DNA from: Candidatus Moraniibacteriota bacterium
GTDB lineage: Bacteria > Patescibacteriota > Minisyncoccia > Moranbacterales > UBA1568
Direction: 5' to 3'
DNA length: 64,000 nt
NCBI GenBank assembly: GCA_016699975.1
Contig: CP064994.1
Span: 917,874-981,873, forward strand
A program made the translations under genes and the position numbers. Shown here in pieces: positions 1 to 9,138 of the stretch; position 1 is the first letter of the stretch, and every line of letters starts with the position of its first letter. The notes below the pieces were generated by a model. That model ran no database searches. It saw nothing but the letters and a program-made list of their open reading frames with translations, and was not told the origin of the DNA.

Positions 1-192
1 ACTGATCGTCAAATGAGCGACTACTTCCAAAAATGCGAGTTTCTTGGGCAGAACTCTGGATCAGAGTTACCCGCCGGAATGTGTACTGTTCTACGGGAAC
101 GTAATTGGCAAGTATACTTCGAAAATGAAGACTCTCTCGTATACCTGCTAAGTGATGAGTATCAGCCTGACGAATTACCAGCCTTCGACTAA
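1..192 (+). CDS. 3' fragment of an unidentified protein-coding gene; stop TAA at 190-192, convergent with atpG
   Basis: Frame-1 translation from base 1 is open to TAA (…EDSLVYLLSDEYQPDELPAFD*). No family recognised. A hairpin plus T-run follows. Confidence 0.3.
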   Translation, partial: TDRQMSDYFQKCEFLGQNSGSELPAGMCTVLRERNWQVYFENEDSLVYLLSDEYQPDELPAFD

Positions 193-204
193 CTGACCTT
201 CAAC

Positions 205-232
205 AAAACCCTACCACCGGTGGGGTTTTTAC
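205..232. terminator. Possible bidirectional intrinsic terminator between the convergent partial ORF and atpG
   Basis: Palindrome CCACCGGTGG is flanked by an A-run upstream and a T-run (GGGGTTTTT) downstream. The stem is short and imperfect. Confidence 0.35.
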
Positions 233-349
233 TTTCTCAAAATTTTCAAATCGACAATTTCGAAATTCCACGAGCGAGACGTCTTTCGTGAATTTCCGGA
301 ATATCGCTTCAAGTGCTTTTCTCCAGAAAAAAACTAGTCCTTCCTCTTT

Positions 350-1264
350 TTAAGCAACCGCCGCCATGCCAGCCGAGAGCTCGGCGATTTCCTGCGTCAC
401 CTTCGCCTGTCGAAGCTGGTTGTACAAAAGTGTAAAGCTCTCGGTCATTTCTTTCGACGCATCGGTTGCGTTTCGCATTGCAACCATTCGCGCCGCTTCT
501 TCGGATGCCTTCGACTCAAAAAGCGCATGAAGTATTTGCATTTCCGTGAGTCGAAAGAGAAGAGTCGAAAGAACCCTTTCGGCGGAAGGCTCGATGACAT
601 ATTCGCTGCGCGCGCTCGATACCGTCTCAATAGGGAGCGGCTCGCCCATTTCACCCAATTCTTCTTCGGTATCGACTCGTGAAAACGGAAGAATCCGCCG
701 AACCCGCGGCTTCTGGAGGAGCGCCGAAACAAAATCGGTATACACCAAAAATACGTCGCTCCACCGCGAGTCTTCAAATCCCGAAAAGAGAAGGGACGCG
801 ACCGATCGAACGCTTTTGGATGTCGGCGAAAGCGCAACTTCCGGAAACGACGCCATAATGTCTCCCGGCAAGAAGCGCAGGCCCGTATCGCCCTTCTTTC
901 CAAGCGAGAGGTATTCGAATCGGACATCTGGCGAAAGTAAAGTCATCGAGACCACTTCCGATTTGATCCGCCGAAAAATTTGCGCGTTAAAGGATCCACA
1001 GAGGCCGCGACTCGAGGTCACAACAACAAAGAGCACCGTTTTCCTTGGACGCTCCGAAAGAAGAGGGAGGGTACTCACAATCTCGGGTGCCGCCCGAAGC
1101 GCCCGGAGCACTTCGAGCGCATGAAACGCATACGGACGCATCGCGTACACGCCTTCTACTGCTTTTCGCATTTTAACCGACGAGATCATTTCCATGGCAC
1201 GGGTGATTTTTCCCGTGTTCTTCACGCTCTTGATCCGCCGACGAATTTCACGAGTTCCAGGCAT
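350..1264 (-). CDS. atpG: F0F1 ATP synthase gamma subunit
   Basis: 304-aa ORF MPGTREIRRRIKSVKNTGKITRAMEMISSVKMRKA… has the typical gamma N-terminus and C-terminal helix (…QLRQAKVTQEIAELSAGMAAVA). Confidence 0.9.
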   Translation of the reverse strand: MPGTREIRRRIKSVKNTGKITRAMEMISSVKMRKAVEGVYAMRPYAFHALEVLRALRAAPEIVSTLPLLSERPRKTVLFVVVTSSRGLCGSFNAQIFRRIKSEVVSMTLLSPDVRFEYLSLGKKGDTGLRFLPGDIMASFPEVALSPTSKSVRSVASLLFSGFEDSRWSDVFLVYTDFVSALLQKPRVRRILPFSRVDTEEELGEMGEPLPIETVSSARSEYVIEPSAERVLSTLLFRLTEMQILHALFESKASEEAARMVAMRNATDASKEMTESFTLLYNQLRQAKVTQEIAELSAGMAAVA

Positions 1265-1323
1265 ATCAAAGATTCAACAATCAAAAGGGGGAAACGAAAA
1301 ATAATTTCTTCCACGATTATGCA

Positions 1324-2832
1324 TTACTCCAAGAAGAGTTCATTAAAATGCTCAATATGTTTTTTGAGAAGCGCCTCGCCTTCTTCGTCGAGCGCTTTTC
1401 GTTCACGAATGAGAGAGAGGATATCATCGCCATCCCGCTCCAAATATTCGAGAAATCCTTCCTCCCAACGAGCAATTTTTTCGATGATGATTTCATCGAG
1501 GAACCCGCGGGTGAGCGCATAGAGCACTGCCACTTCTTTTTCGACAGAGAGCGGCGCGTACTGTTTCTGTTTCAAAATCTCAACGCCACGCTTTCCGCGG
1601 TTTATCTGCTCGCGCGTTTTCTCGTCGAGATCGGAACCGAATTGCGCGAAAGCTTCGAGCTCTCGAAACTGCGCGAGATCGAGGCGAAGCGTCCCAGCTA
1701 CTTGCTTCATCGCTTTGATCTGCGCAGAACTTCCAACACGCGACACCGAAAGTCCCACATTGAGTGCGGGACGAATTCCTTTGTAGAAAAGATCTGACTC
1801 CAAATAAATTTGCCCGTCGGTAATCGAGATTACATTGGTGGGAATGTAGGCCGAGACATCGCCCGCTTGGGTTTCGATAATGGGAAGCGCGGTAATGGAG
1901 CCGCCACCCGCTTCTTTCGAAAGTTTTGCGCTCCGCTCAAGAAGACGCGAGTGAAGATAAAAGACGTCTCCCGGATATGCCTCGCGTCCCGGCGGGCGAC
2001 GCAAGATGAGTGAAATCTGCCGATACGATGCCGCGTGTTTCGAGAGATCGTCATAGACGACGAGCGCGTGTTTCCCTGCTTCCAGGAAGTGCTCCGCCAT
2101 CGCGCACCCGGCGTAGGGCGCAAGAAACGAGAGAGCCGCCGGCTCGGAAGCGCCCGCCACAACAACCGTCGTGTACTCCATGGCCCCGCCTTTTTCCAAC
2201 TCGGAGACGATGCGCGCCACCTTCGATTCTTTTTGACCAATCGCCACGTAGAAACAAAGAACATTCTGACCTTTCTGATTGAGAATGGTGTCGATCGCAA
2301 CCGCGGTCTTCCCGGTCTGCCGGTCCCCGATAATGAGCTCTCGCTGACCGCGGCCGATCGGAATAAGGGCGTCGATTGCTTTGATACCCGTCTGAAGCGG
2401 CTCCTTCGGAGACTCCCGGAGCATCACACCGGGCGCCACACGCTCGACCGATCGGGAGCCTTCGCTCTCGATCCCTCCCTTGCCGTCAATCGGTTCCCCG
2501 AGCACGTTCACAACGCGGCCAATGACTGCTTTGCCAACCGGAACCGAGAGAATTTTTCCTGTCGGCCGAACAATTCCGCCTTCAGCGATTGATCCTGCTT
2601 CGCCGAGAAGAATGATACCCGCAAGATCTTCCTCGAGATTCAAGGCAACTCCGAAAGTGCCGTTGTCAAATTCGACCATTTCGCCCGCCGCCACTTCGGA
2701 CAGTCCCGATACCCGCGCAACACCATCGCCAATTTCGAGTACCACTCCCGTTTGCTCGCGCTTTTCGGTCATCTCGAATTGCTCGATTCGCCGCCGAATT
2801 TCTTCCGCCATTGAATGTACGTTCTGTGTCAT
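1324..2832 (-). CDS. atpA: F0F1 ATP synthase alpha subunit
   Basis: Internal Met of the 633-aa ORF: [20 protein letters not shown]…[20 protein letters not shown] (Walker A)…[20 protein letters not shown]. About 503 aa of typical alpha. The 131 codons upstream in the same frame belong to the delta gene. Confidence 0.9.
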   Translation of the reverse strand: MTQNVHSMAEEIRRRIEQFEMTEKREQTGVVLEIGDGVARVSGLSEVAAGEMVEFDNGTFGVALNLEEDLAGIILLGEAGSIAEGGIVRPTGKILSVPVGKAVIGRVVNVLGEPIDGKGGIESEGSRSVERVAPGVMLRESPKEPLQTGIKAIDALIPIGRGQRELIIGDRQTGKTAVAIDTILNQKGQNVLCFYVAIGQKESKVARIVSELEKGGAMEYTTVVVAGASEPAALSFLAPYAGCAMAEHFLEAGKHALVVYDDLSKHAASYRQISLILRRPPGREAYPGDVFYLHSRLLERSAKLSKEAGGGSITALPIIETQAGDVSAYIPTNVISITDGQIYLESDLFYKGIRPALNVGLSVSRVGSSAQIKAMKQVAGTLRLDLAQFRELEAFAQFGSDLDEKTREQINRGKRGVEILKQKQYAPLSVEKEVAVLYALTRGFLDEIIIEKIARWEEGFLEYLERDGDDILSLIRERKALDEEGEALLKKHIEHFNELFLE

Positions 2833-3323
2833 AGAAACATCGAAAATAAAACTCTGAATGAATCTCTGCCCACCGATACCAAAGTAAAGTCGCCAAAAAA
2901 TTCCGGAAAAGAAACAATTACGATTCTTTTTCAAAAATCGCGAAAGCTGGCGAAGCCTCCCGCCCATACTTGCGTCGAACGTTTCGTTTTCTGTTTGAAA
3001 GACAGCTCCGCCAAGAATGTCCGGCCGGAGTCGCGCTTTGAGCGCGATTTGATTCTCGCCGAAAATACGCTTCCCTTCATCAAGAACCGCTTCGAGCTCC
3101 GTCTCCGAAAGTTTTTTCGAAGAGAGCACTTCCACCGATCGCACGCCCGATCGCTCTTTTTCCAATCGCTCGAGGGCCCGAAGAATAGTGTCCACATCGC
3201 GCCTTCGACCATCCTTCCGAAGCAAAAAAGAAATCGATCAATTCGAATACGGCGCTCCGAAGGACTCGCGTCAACGAGAGCGGCGTATACTCCTTCCGCA
3301 TATTGTCTTGGCGTCATGCGCAT
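2833..3323 (-). CDS. atpH: F0F1 ATP synthase delta (OSCP) subunit, with apparent frame discontinuities
   Basis: N-terminus [32 protein letters not shown] (delta-like ARPYA motif) begins at 3323 in one frame. The delta C-terminal domain (…[25 protein letters not shown]) lies in another frame from about 3225. The switch sits at a T6/A6 run (3222-3228). No stop codon separates it from atpA in that frame. Confidence 0.5.
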
Positions 3324-3649
3324 AGAAAATCATGTATCTCTCGAACTCTTGAACATTCGAGGAAAGGGAGTACTTTTTTCCCTCGCTTCCGACACGGCCA
3401 CGCCTTCAACACTGTGTCGCAACGAGAATGCCCTCACCTTTCACCCTCTCTTTCAAATTCGCTTCGTCTCAATTTTTTTCGAAAAACTCCGACTTCTCTC
3501 ACCCCCTTCTCCTTCTTACAAAACCAATCGCCACCATTCTCTCATCTTTTAAGAATCCGTTCTTCAGGAAGATTCTTGATTCAACAGAAGCACTGAAAAC
3601 TATTGCGTCTGACCTCGTCATTTTTTGTGACTTTCTCTCCCCCTTCCAC

Positions 3650-4180
3650 TCACGAACGTTGAGCGCCTTCTGCGCTTTCTTCTCTTCCTTCCGCTCTCCG
3701 CACTGCTTCACGAACCAACGCTTCATCCTTCTCCGACGCCATTTTTTCACCGAGCACTTTTTCGGTCGCACGAAGGACGAGGTCGGTAAGCTCGCCTTTC
3801 ATGTCGGAGCGAAAACGCTCTCCTTCGGCTTCAATCTTCCGACGCGCCTCATCAAGAATCCACTCGGCTTCGCGGTGCGATTCGGCAACAAGGAGATCTC
3901 CGGTTTTCGCAGCTGATTCTTTCGCGGCACGCAAGAGTTCCGCTGCTTCACGACGCGCGTTCGAAAGCACCTCCTTTTCCTTCGCTTCGAGTTCAGTGAG
4001 CTTCTCGCTTGCTTTCTTTGCGTCGCGAAGTCCCACTTCGATTTTTTTCGAACGATGCTCGAGAAAATCAAGCATCGGACGATAAGCAAACTTCCGCAAA
4101 ACAAAGAGAAGCACCAAAAAGTTCACGATTTGCGCGAGAAGCAACTTCCAATCGATACCGAGTTTCAACAAGACTTCCAT
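3650..4180 (-). CDS. atpF: F0F1 ATP synthase subunit b
   Basis: 176 aa with an N-terminal TM helix (LLAQIVNFLVLLFVLRKFAYRP) and a long charged coiled-coil tail typical of subunit b. Lies between atpE and atpH. Confidence 0.85.
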   Translation of the reverse strand: MEVLLKLGIDWKLLLAQIVNFLVLLFVLRKFAYRPMLDFLEHRSKKIEVGLRDAKKASEKLTELEAKEKEVLSNARREAAELLRAAKESAAKTGDLLVAESHREAEWILDEARRKIEAEGERFRSDMKGELTDLVLRATEKVLGEKMASEKDEALVREAVRRAEGREESAEGAQRS

Positions 4181-4288
4181 ACAAGTGAAAGATTCGAAAA
4201 TTCAAAATCACATCTCTCCTTTCAGTTGATCGGCCCGCACTCTCTGCGAGCACTTCCAAGAAAAGAGAGTATGCGAAAACTACTGGCT

Positions 4289-4561
<273 letters not shown>

Positions 4562-5066
4562 TTACTGATAAATGCAATGGATAATTATGAATCAAAGCAA
4601 TGAAATATAAATTTCATCAATCGTCAAGAACCCTTCTGATTTTTCCATATATGCTGCTGATAATATTCAAGCGCTTCCTCTCTGGAATCAGTCATTATTC
4701 CATTCCTTTCCCTTCGACTCAAAATTTTTCAACAATCTTTTCGCAAACAGCCTCCAAGGCTTCTTGGTTCACTTCCTCTCTTTTATGCTTTTCAAAAGAA
4801 GGGAACTCTTGAGAATTTTCAATACTCATAAAATGAATGTTAAGAAAAAAATCCTTCAAAGTTTTTATCTCTACTTTTAAGTCTTCTTTCACTCTTATTT
4901 CAAAAAATAATTCAGAAACGACGATAAGTATTTTTCGACATGAGAATGTGAGAAGCAAAATCGAGGGGAATAGTGATGAAATTTCGATAAGATATCAAGA
5001 TATAATGTTTCCAAAACCCGAAAAGACTAGAACTCTAACCATAAACGATTTTGAGCTCAATATCCA

Positions 5067-5813
5067 TCAATGCCCGTGTTCCGCTTCGAGAGTTGCCATT
5101 TTGAGGAAAACAAGCGTCAGAATTGAAAAAACGGCCGCCTGCACCACGCCCACGAACAGCTCCAGAAAGAGAAACGGAATCGGCAGCAAAAACGGTACGA
5201 GGTGAAGAATAACAATGAGGAGCACTTCTCCTGCGAAGATATTGCCGAAGAGCCGAAAGGAAAACGACAGGACGCGCGTCGCCTCACCAAGAAGTTCGAG
5301 GAGACCCATAAAAGTTCCGACGCCGTAGGGCTTCCGAAACGGGCTCACCAAGAATTTTCTGGCATATGGAAGAACACCGATCGTAGCAATACCGATACCC
5401 TGAACCAGAAACACGACCGTGAGAGAAAGCGCAAGCGTCATATTGAGATCCGCCGAGGCGCTTCTCAGAAAGGGAGTAATTTCCTCTCCGTGCCGAATGC
5501 CAACGGTGCCAAGACCCGGCATGAGTTCCACCCAATTCGAGAACAAGACGAAAAAAAAGACTGTTGCGATAATGGGGAAAAACTTCCGCGCAAGCCGTTC
5601 ATCTCCCGCCACTTCCCCGACCAGATTCCAGAGCGATTCAAAAATCACTTCGACAGCCGCCTGAAACGGCCCCGGAACTTTTTTGAGTTTTCGAAAGAAC
5701 GTCGTCGAGAACAGAATCAGCAGAGAACTGATGGCCAGGGTCAGAAGAATGGTATTCGTGATCGGGAACCCTCCCCACCGAAAGAGCTCTTCCGCCGCAA
5801 TGGAAATATTCAT
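5067..5813 (-). CDS. atpB: F0F1 ATP synthase subunit a
   Basis: 248-aa polytopic membrane protein with the conserved …SFSFRLFGNIFAGEVLL… region carrying the essential Arg of subunit a. Confidence 0.9.
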   Translation of the reverse strand: MNISIAAEELFRWGGFPITNTILLTLAISSLLILFSTTFFRKLKKVPGPFQAAVEVIFESLWNLVGEVAGDERLARKFFPIIATVFFFVLFSNWVELMPGLGTVGIRHGEEITPFLRSASADLNMTLALSLTVVFLVQGIGIATIGVLPYARKFLVSPFRKPYGVGTFMGLLELLGEATRVLSFSFRLFGNIFAGEVLLIVILHLVPFLLPIPFLFLELFVGVVQAAVFSILTLVFLKMATLEAEHGH

Positions 5814-5933
5814 AGCGCGACAAGTGGAATCGACATCAACAACAAGCGCTCTTTACAAACAAAAACATTCCGCCCAAAGGCAGAGTCTCACATTTCCTTT
5901 CCTTCTTCAGTATTCCCGAAAAACGGGTTCCCG

Positions 5934-6203
5934 TCAATCTTTCCAATTCCACCATTTGAGTTTCTCGGGGTCGTGCCTCGTATGACTTGCAAAGAAAACG
6001 GCTGTACGAAAAACATACAACACGCACCGATCAATACGGGCGCCGCGTATTCGGCACAGTGATTCGTACAAAACTTCCGGATCCTGTCCTCGAAGATCCG
6101 TGGGCTCCCTTATGCCGAGATCACACAGATCCTCTGCAATACTTTTTCCCACTCCCGGAATATCAAGAAGACTGACCTTCTTTATTTTCTTCATACATTT
6201 CAC
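5934..6203 (-). CDS. Small helix-hairpin-helix DNA-binding protein (Cdd1 / pathogenicity-locus-like HhH family)
   Basis: 89 aa: …VSLLDIPGVGKSIAEDLCDLGIREPTDLRGQDPEVLYESLC…RIDRCVLYVF matches the HhH (GIG-type) motif of PF11731-like proteins. Directly upstream of atpB. Confidence 0.55.
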   Translation of the reverse strand: MKCMKKIKKVSLLDIPGVGKSIAEDLCDLGIREPTDLRGQDPEVLYESLCRIRGARIDRCVLYVFRTAVFFASHTRHDPEKLKWWNWKD

Positions 6204-6315
6204 AGGGTTCTTTTTTCAAGAATTACTGTCACGCTCCCACATGGTGAGAGAGAATCCATTATGAAGAGTAACCCTCTCACCTCTCCAACTGATTTCAAGA
6301 GAAACCAACGGAGCC

Positions 6316-6335
6316 GCGTGGTACAATAGTATCAT
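6316..6335 (+). promoter_or_regulatory. Candidate extended -10 promoter (TGgTACAAT) for the LamG gene; leader very short
   Basis: cgTGGTACAATagt lies 16-22 nt upstream of ATG 6344. No Shine-Dalgarno sequence is evident. Confidence 0.25.
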
Positions 6336-6343
6336 TCGCTTCT

Positions 6344-8605
6344 ATGAAGCACTTGTCAAAAACATTTTTTCGCCACCTCGTTCTTTCTCGTTCCTTCCAA
6401 TGGGCGGGGGTTGTTTTTCTCCTGATCATCCTCTCTGGCACTTTTTTGCACTATCGAGGAAACGCTGACACCATGATAAACGCGCCGACCGTGACAAATG
6501 ACACGCTCACCGAAGGCCTCGTTGGCCACTGGACATTCGACGGAAATGAAACCCAAGGCACCGTCGTCGTCGACCGATCGGGAAATGGAAACAACGGAAC
6601 CAGAGTCGGCGCTCCACAAAACACTGAAGGCCGTTTCGGGCAGGCGCTTCGATTCAATGGAACAAGCAATTTCGTTTCGATACCCAATACTCCTTCCCTC
6701 AGACCAACTACTGCCATCACCGTTTCGGCGTGGATCAAAACTCTTCCAAAAAATTTGTACCCGTTTATCGTGAGCAAAAAATACGACACTGACTTCGAAT
6801 CTTATGGACTGAGCGACTTTACAGATGTCGGAACCAATATCGGTTTTTGCATCAAGTGGGGCGCCATGGGAAACGAGTATACTTGCTCCGGGGTCGCAAG
6901 CGAATCATTGGGATTCTGGAACGATAGTTGGGTCCACGTCGTCGGAACGTATGACAAATCTTTCCTCCGGATCTATGTAAACGGGGGAGAAGTGGGAAGC
7001 GGAACACCTGAAACTCGAGATATTTTTTACGGCACTTCTCCCGACAATATTTTTATCGGATCCTTTGACGCTGCCAAGGGATTTTTTTCCGGAAGCATTG
7101 ATGATGTGCGTATCTATAATCGCGCGCTCCCCCCCGAAGACATCTTCACTCTCTCCCAGAGAGGAAAACACCTCATTCAAGCTGCTCCCGAGAATTCCCT
7201 TTCCCAAGGAATCCTCGGCTACTGGAAATTCGATGAAGGAGCAGGTACAGGAAGTGTCTCCGACGCAAGCGGGAACGCCACGGCGCTTACCATGTATTCT
7301 TTCGCGAATACCGATTGGACCACAGGAAAAGTTGGCCCCTTCTCGCTCAATTTTGATGGAGTGTCGAAACGACTTGCTGCAAGTGACCCTCCGATTCTTG
7401 ATTTCGATGCCTCAAAAAGCTTCACCCTCACGGGATGGTTTTATCGAAATAGCCTATCGGCGACCCATACCATTCTCGCCAAACGAAACGGCACTGCAAA
7501 TACCGACGACGGCTATATACTCTCCATAAATGGAGCGACCGACCAACTCATTTTCGAAGCATCCGATAATGCCGATACGGATGAGTATCAGATCGCCAGC
7601 GCTTCTCTTTTCAACGTTCCCGGATGGAATCACTTCGCCATTGTCTGGGACGACGACAGTCCACTCGAAACGACAATGTACACAAATGGCCAAAAAGAAG
7701 CGGCGTCAAAAACCGGAACCCTCTCGAGCATCGGGAACCTCTCAAACGCACTCGCCTTTACTATCGGCGCGGAAAGCGACGGTGGAAATCCTTTCGACGG
7801 GAGCCTCGATGACATTCGCGTTTACGGATACCCACTGTCCACAGAAGAAATCGGGACACTTTTTCGAACTGGCGCTCCCGCGGAACCCGTCGATACCCAG
7901 GTTATCGGTCACTGGACATTCGACGGGCCGGACATTCAAGGAACAAGAGCTCTCGACCGATCAAAAAATTCGCTTCAAGGAACACTCACGAACGGTCCTC
8001 AACCCGCAATCGGAAGACTCGGCCAAGCGCTGCGATTCGACGGCGTCGATGATTTCGTCTCTCTCGGAGACACGCCTCTTTTCACGCTTGATCCGTCGAA
8101 AAATTATACCTGGTCCATGTGGATACGAGGATCCGATTACTCTGGAACTTTCCAAAATATTCTGTGGTCTCAAGTGCAGGATACAAATAACGCGCTCTTG
8201 GTTTCGGCGCGTTCCATTTCGGGACATCCAGATTTTGGATCGGTCACCGATGGACTCTTTGTAACGTGGACCAATGCCGGATCCATTTGTTCTGGCGAAG
8301 CGACAACCGATTCTGTGTTGGAGAAAAACGCGTGGACACACATCGTGCTTCAGTATGAGGGAACCCTCCCTGCGGGTGCGCGCTTTTCCATCTGGGTAAA
8401 TAGTGTCGACCGCTCGAAAAATACGAATGCCTCACACTGCTCCCCGGGGAGCATCAACCCAACAGTCACCGCGCTCGGGAACAACGGGACTCTCCCGAGC
8501 CAGGGATTTGAGGGAAGTCTCGACGATATACGCCTGTACGATCGGCTTCTTACGGCAGAAGAAATACACACTCTTTTCCACTCTGGCACTCTTTCCCGGA
8601 ATTAA
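6344..8605 (+). CDS. Secreted or surface protein with three LamG (concanavalin-A-like lectin/glucanase, Laminin_G_3) domains
   Basis: 753 aa. N-terminal hydrophobic signal (VVFLLIILSGTFL). Three roughly 200-aa units each end in the Laminin_G_3 signature: FSGSIDDVRIYNRALPPEDIFTL, FDGSLDDIRVYGYPLSTEEIGTLF, FEGSLDDIRLYDRLLTAEEIHTLF. Each unit is preceded by GxWxFDG motifs. Confidence 0.8.
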   Translation: MKHLSKTFFRHLVLSRSFQWAGVVFLLIILSGTFLHYRGNADTMINAPTVTNDTLTEGLVGHWTFDGNETQGTVVVDRSGNGNNGTRVGAPQNTEGRFGQALRFNGTSNFVSIPNTPSLRPTTAITVSAWIKTLPKNLYPFIVSKKYDTDFESYGLSDFTDVGTNIGFCIKWGAMGNEYTCSGVASESLGFWNDSWVHVVGTYDKSFLRIYVNGGEVGSGTPETRDIFYGTSPDNIFIGSFDAAKGFFSGSIDDVRIYNRALPPEDIFTLSQRGKHLIQAAPENSLSQGILGYWKFDEGAGTGSVSDASGNATALTMYSFANTDWTTGKVGPFSLNFDGVSKRLAASDPPILDFDASKSFTLTGWFYRNSLSATHTILAKRNGTANTDDGYILSINGATDQLIFEASDNADTDEYQIASASLFNVPGWNHFAIVWDDDSPLETTMYTNGQKEAASKTGTLSSIGNLSNALAFTIGAESDGGNPFDGSLDDIRVYGYPLSTEEIGTLFRTGAPAEPVDTQVIGHWTFDGPDIQGTRALDRSKNSLQGTLTNGPQPAIGRLGQALRFDGVDDFVSLGDTPLFTLDPSKNYTWSMWIRGSDYSGTFQNILWSQVQDTNNALLVSARSISGHPDFGSVTDGLFVTWTNAGSICSGEATTDSVLEKNAWTHIVLQYEGTLPAGARFSIWVNSVDRSKNTNASHCSPGSINPTVTALGNNGTLPSQGFEGSLDDIRLYDRLLTAEEIHTLFHSGTLSRN

Positions 8606-9007
8606 TCCGACTCCCCCTCCTGATTCCTCCTCTCAACCAGAAAGGAGAAGTCCATGAAACTCTTTTAAGAATTTCTGAAGTGAAGGGCAGGGAGAGAAAA
8701 ATGGCGAGTCACGGCATCTCAAACCAGTGCCCCAAGGTTTGAAGTGTGAGAAAAGAAAGTTTGATTCCGGAAGGATTGTTGAGACAAGCCTGAAACTCTC
8801 AAGCAAGCATGCCAGAGAAAAATTTTTCCAAGAAGAAAAATTTTCTCAGTTTCTTTTTCATCTCTTTCAAAAAAAGAGTTTGGCATCACTCTCGTTTCCG
8901 ATGAAAACGAGTGAACGCGATCAGAAAAGAAGCGCTCGGTGTGAAAAAAGAGAAAGAGAAGCGACAGAGGTCATGAGCGCGTCTTCAAACTCGTCCACGT
9001 GAACAGC

Positions 9008-9045
9008 AAAAGAAAAATCTCCGACCTCGAAGTCGGAGATTTCCA
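9008..9045 (-). terminator. Intrinsic terminator downstream of the 1432-aa surface-protein gene
   Basis: On the minus strand: ggaaaTCTCCGACttcgagGTCGGAGAtttttctttt (8-bp perfect stem plus T-run). Confidence 0.55.
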
Positions 9046-9138
9046 AAACCAAAGTGCCCGTCGAAAAATTTCTGATGGAATTTGTGCGTCGCTCTTCCCG
9101 AATTTCCGAAGAAGAGCATGCTTCAGAAACGAAATACG

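Noticed and set aside
5202-6062. 286-aa plus-strand ORF overlapping atpB and the HhH gene
   Set aside because: Antisense shadow ORF of well-supported genes. Low-complexity K/R-rich translation.

The same applies to other long antisense ORFs: 546..1124, 2035..2592, 27453..28436, 28516..29457, 38596..39600, 43243..44073, 47037..47576, 48552..49079.
8606-9007. 91-aa ORF 8727..9002 in the LamG/giant-gene convergent gap
   Set aside because: K/E/R-rich low-complexity translation with no start context. The gap is better explained as 3' UTRs plus the minus-strand terminator at 9008-9045.
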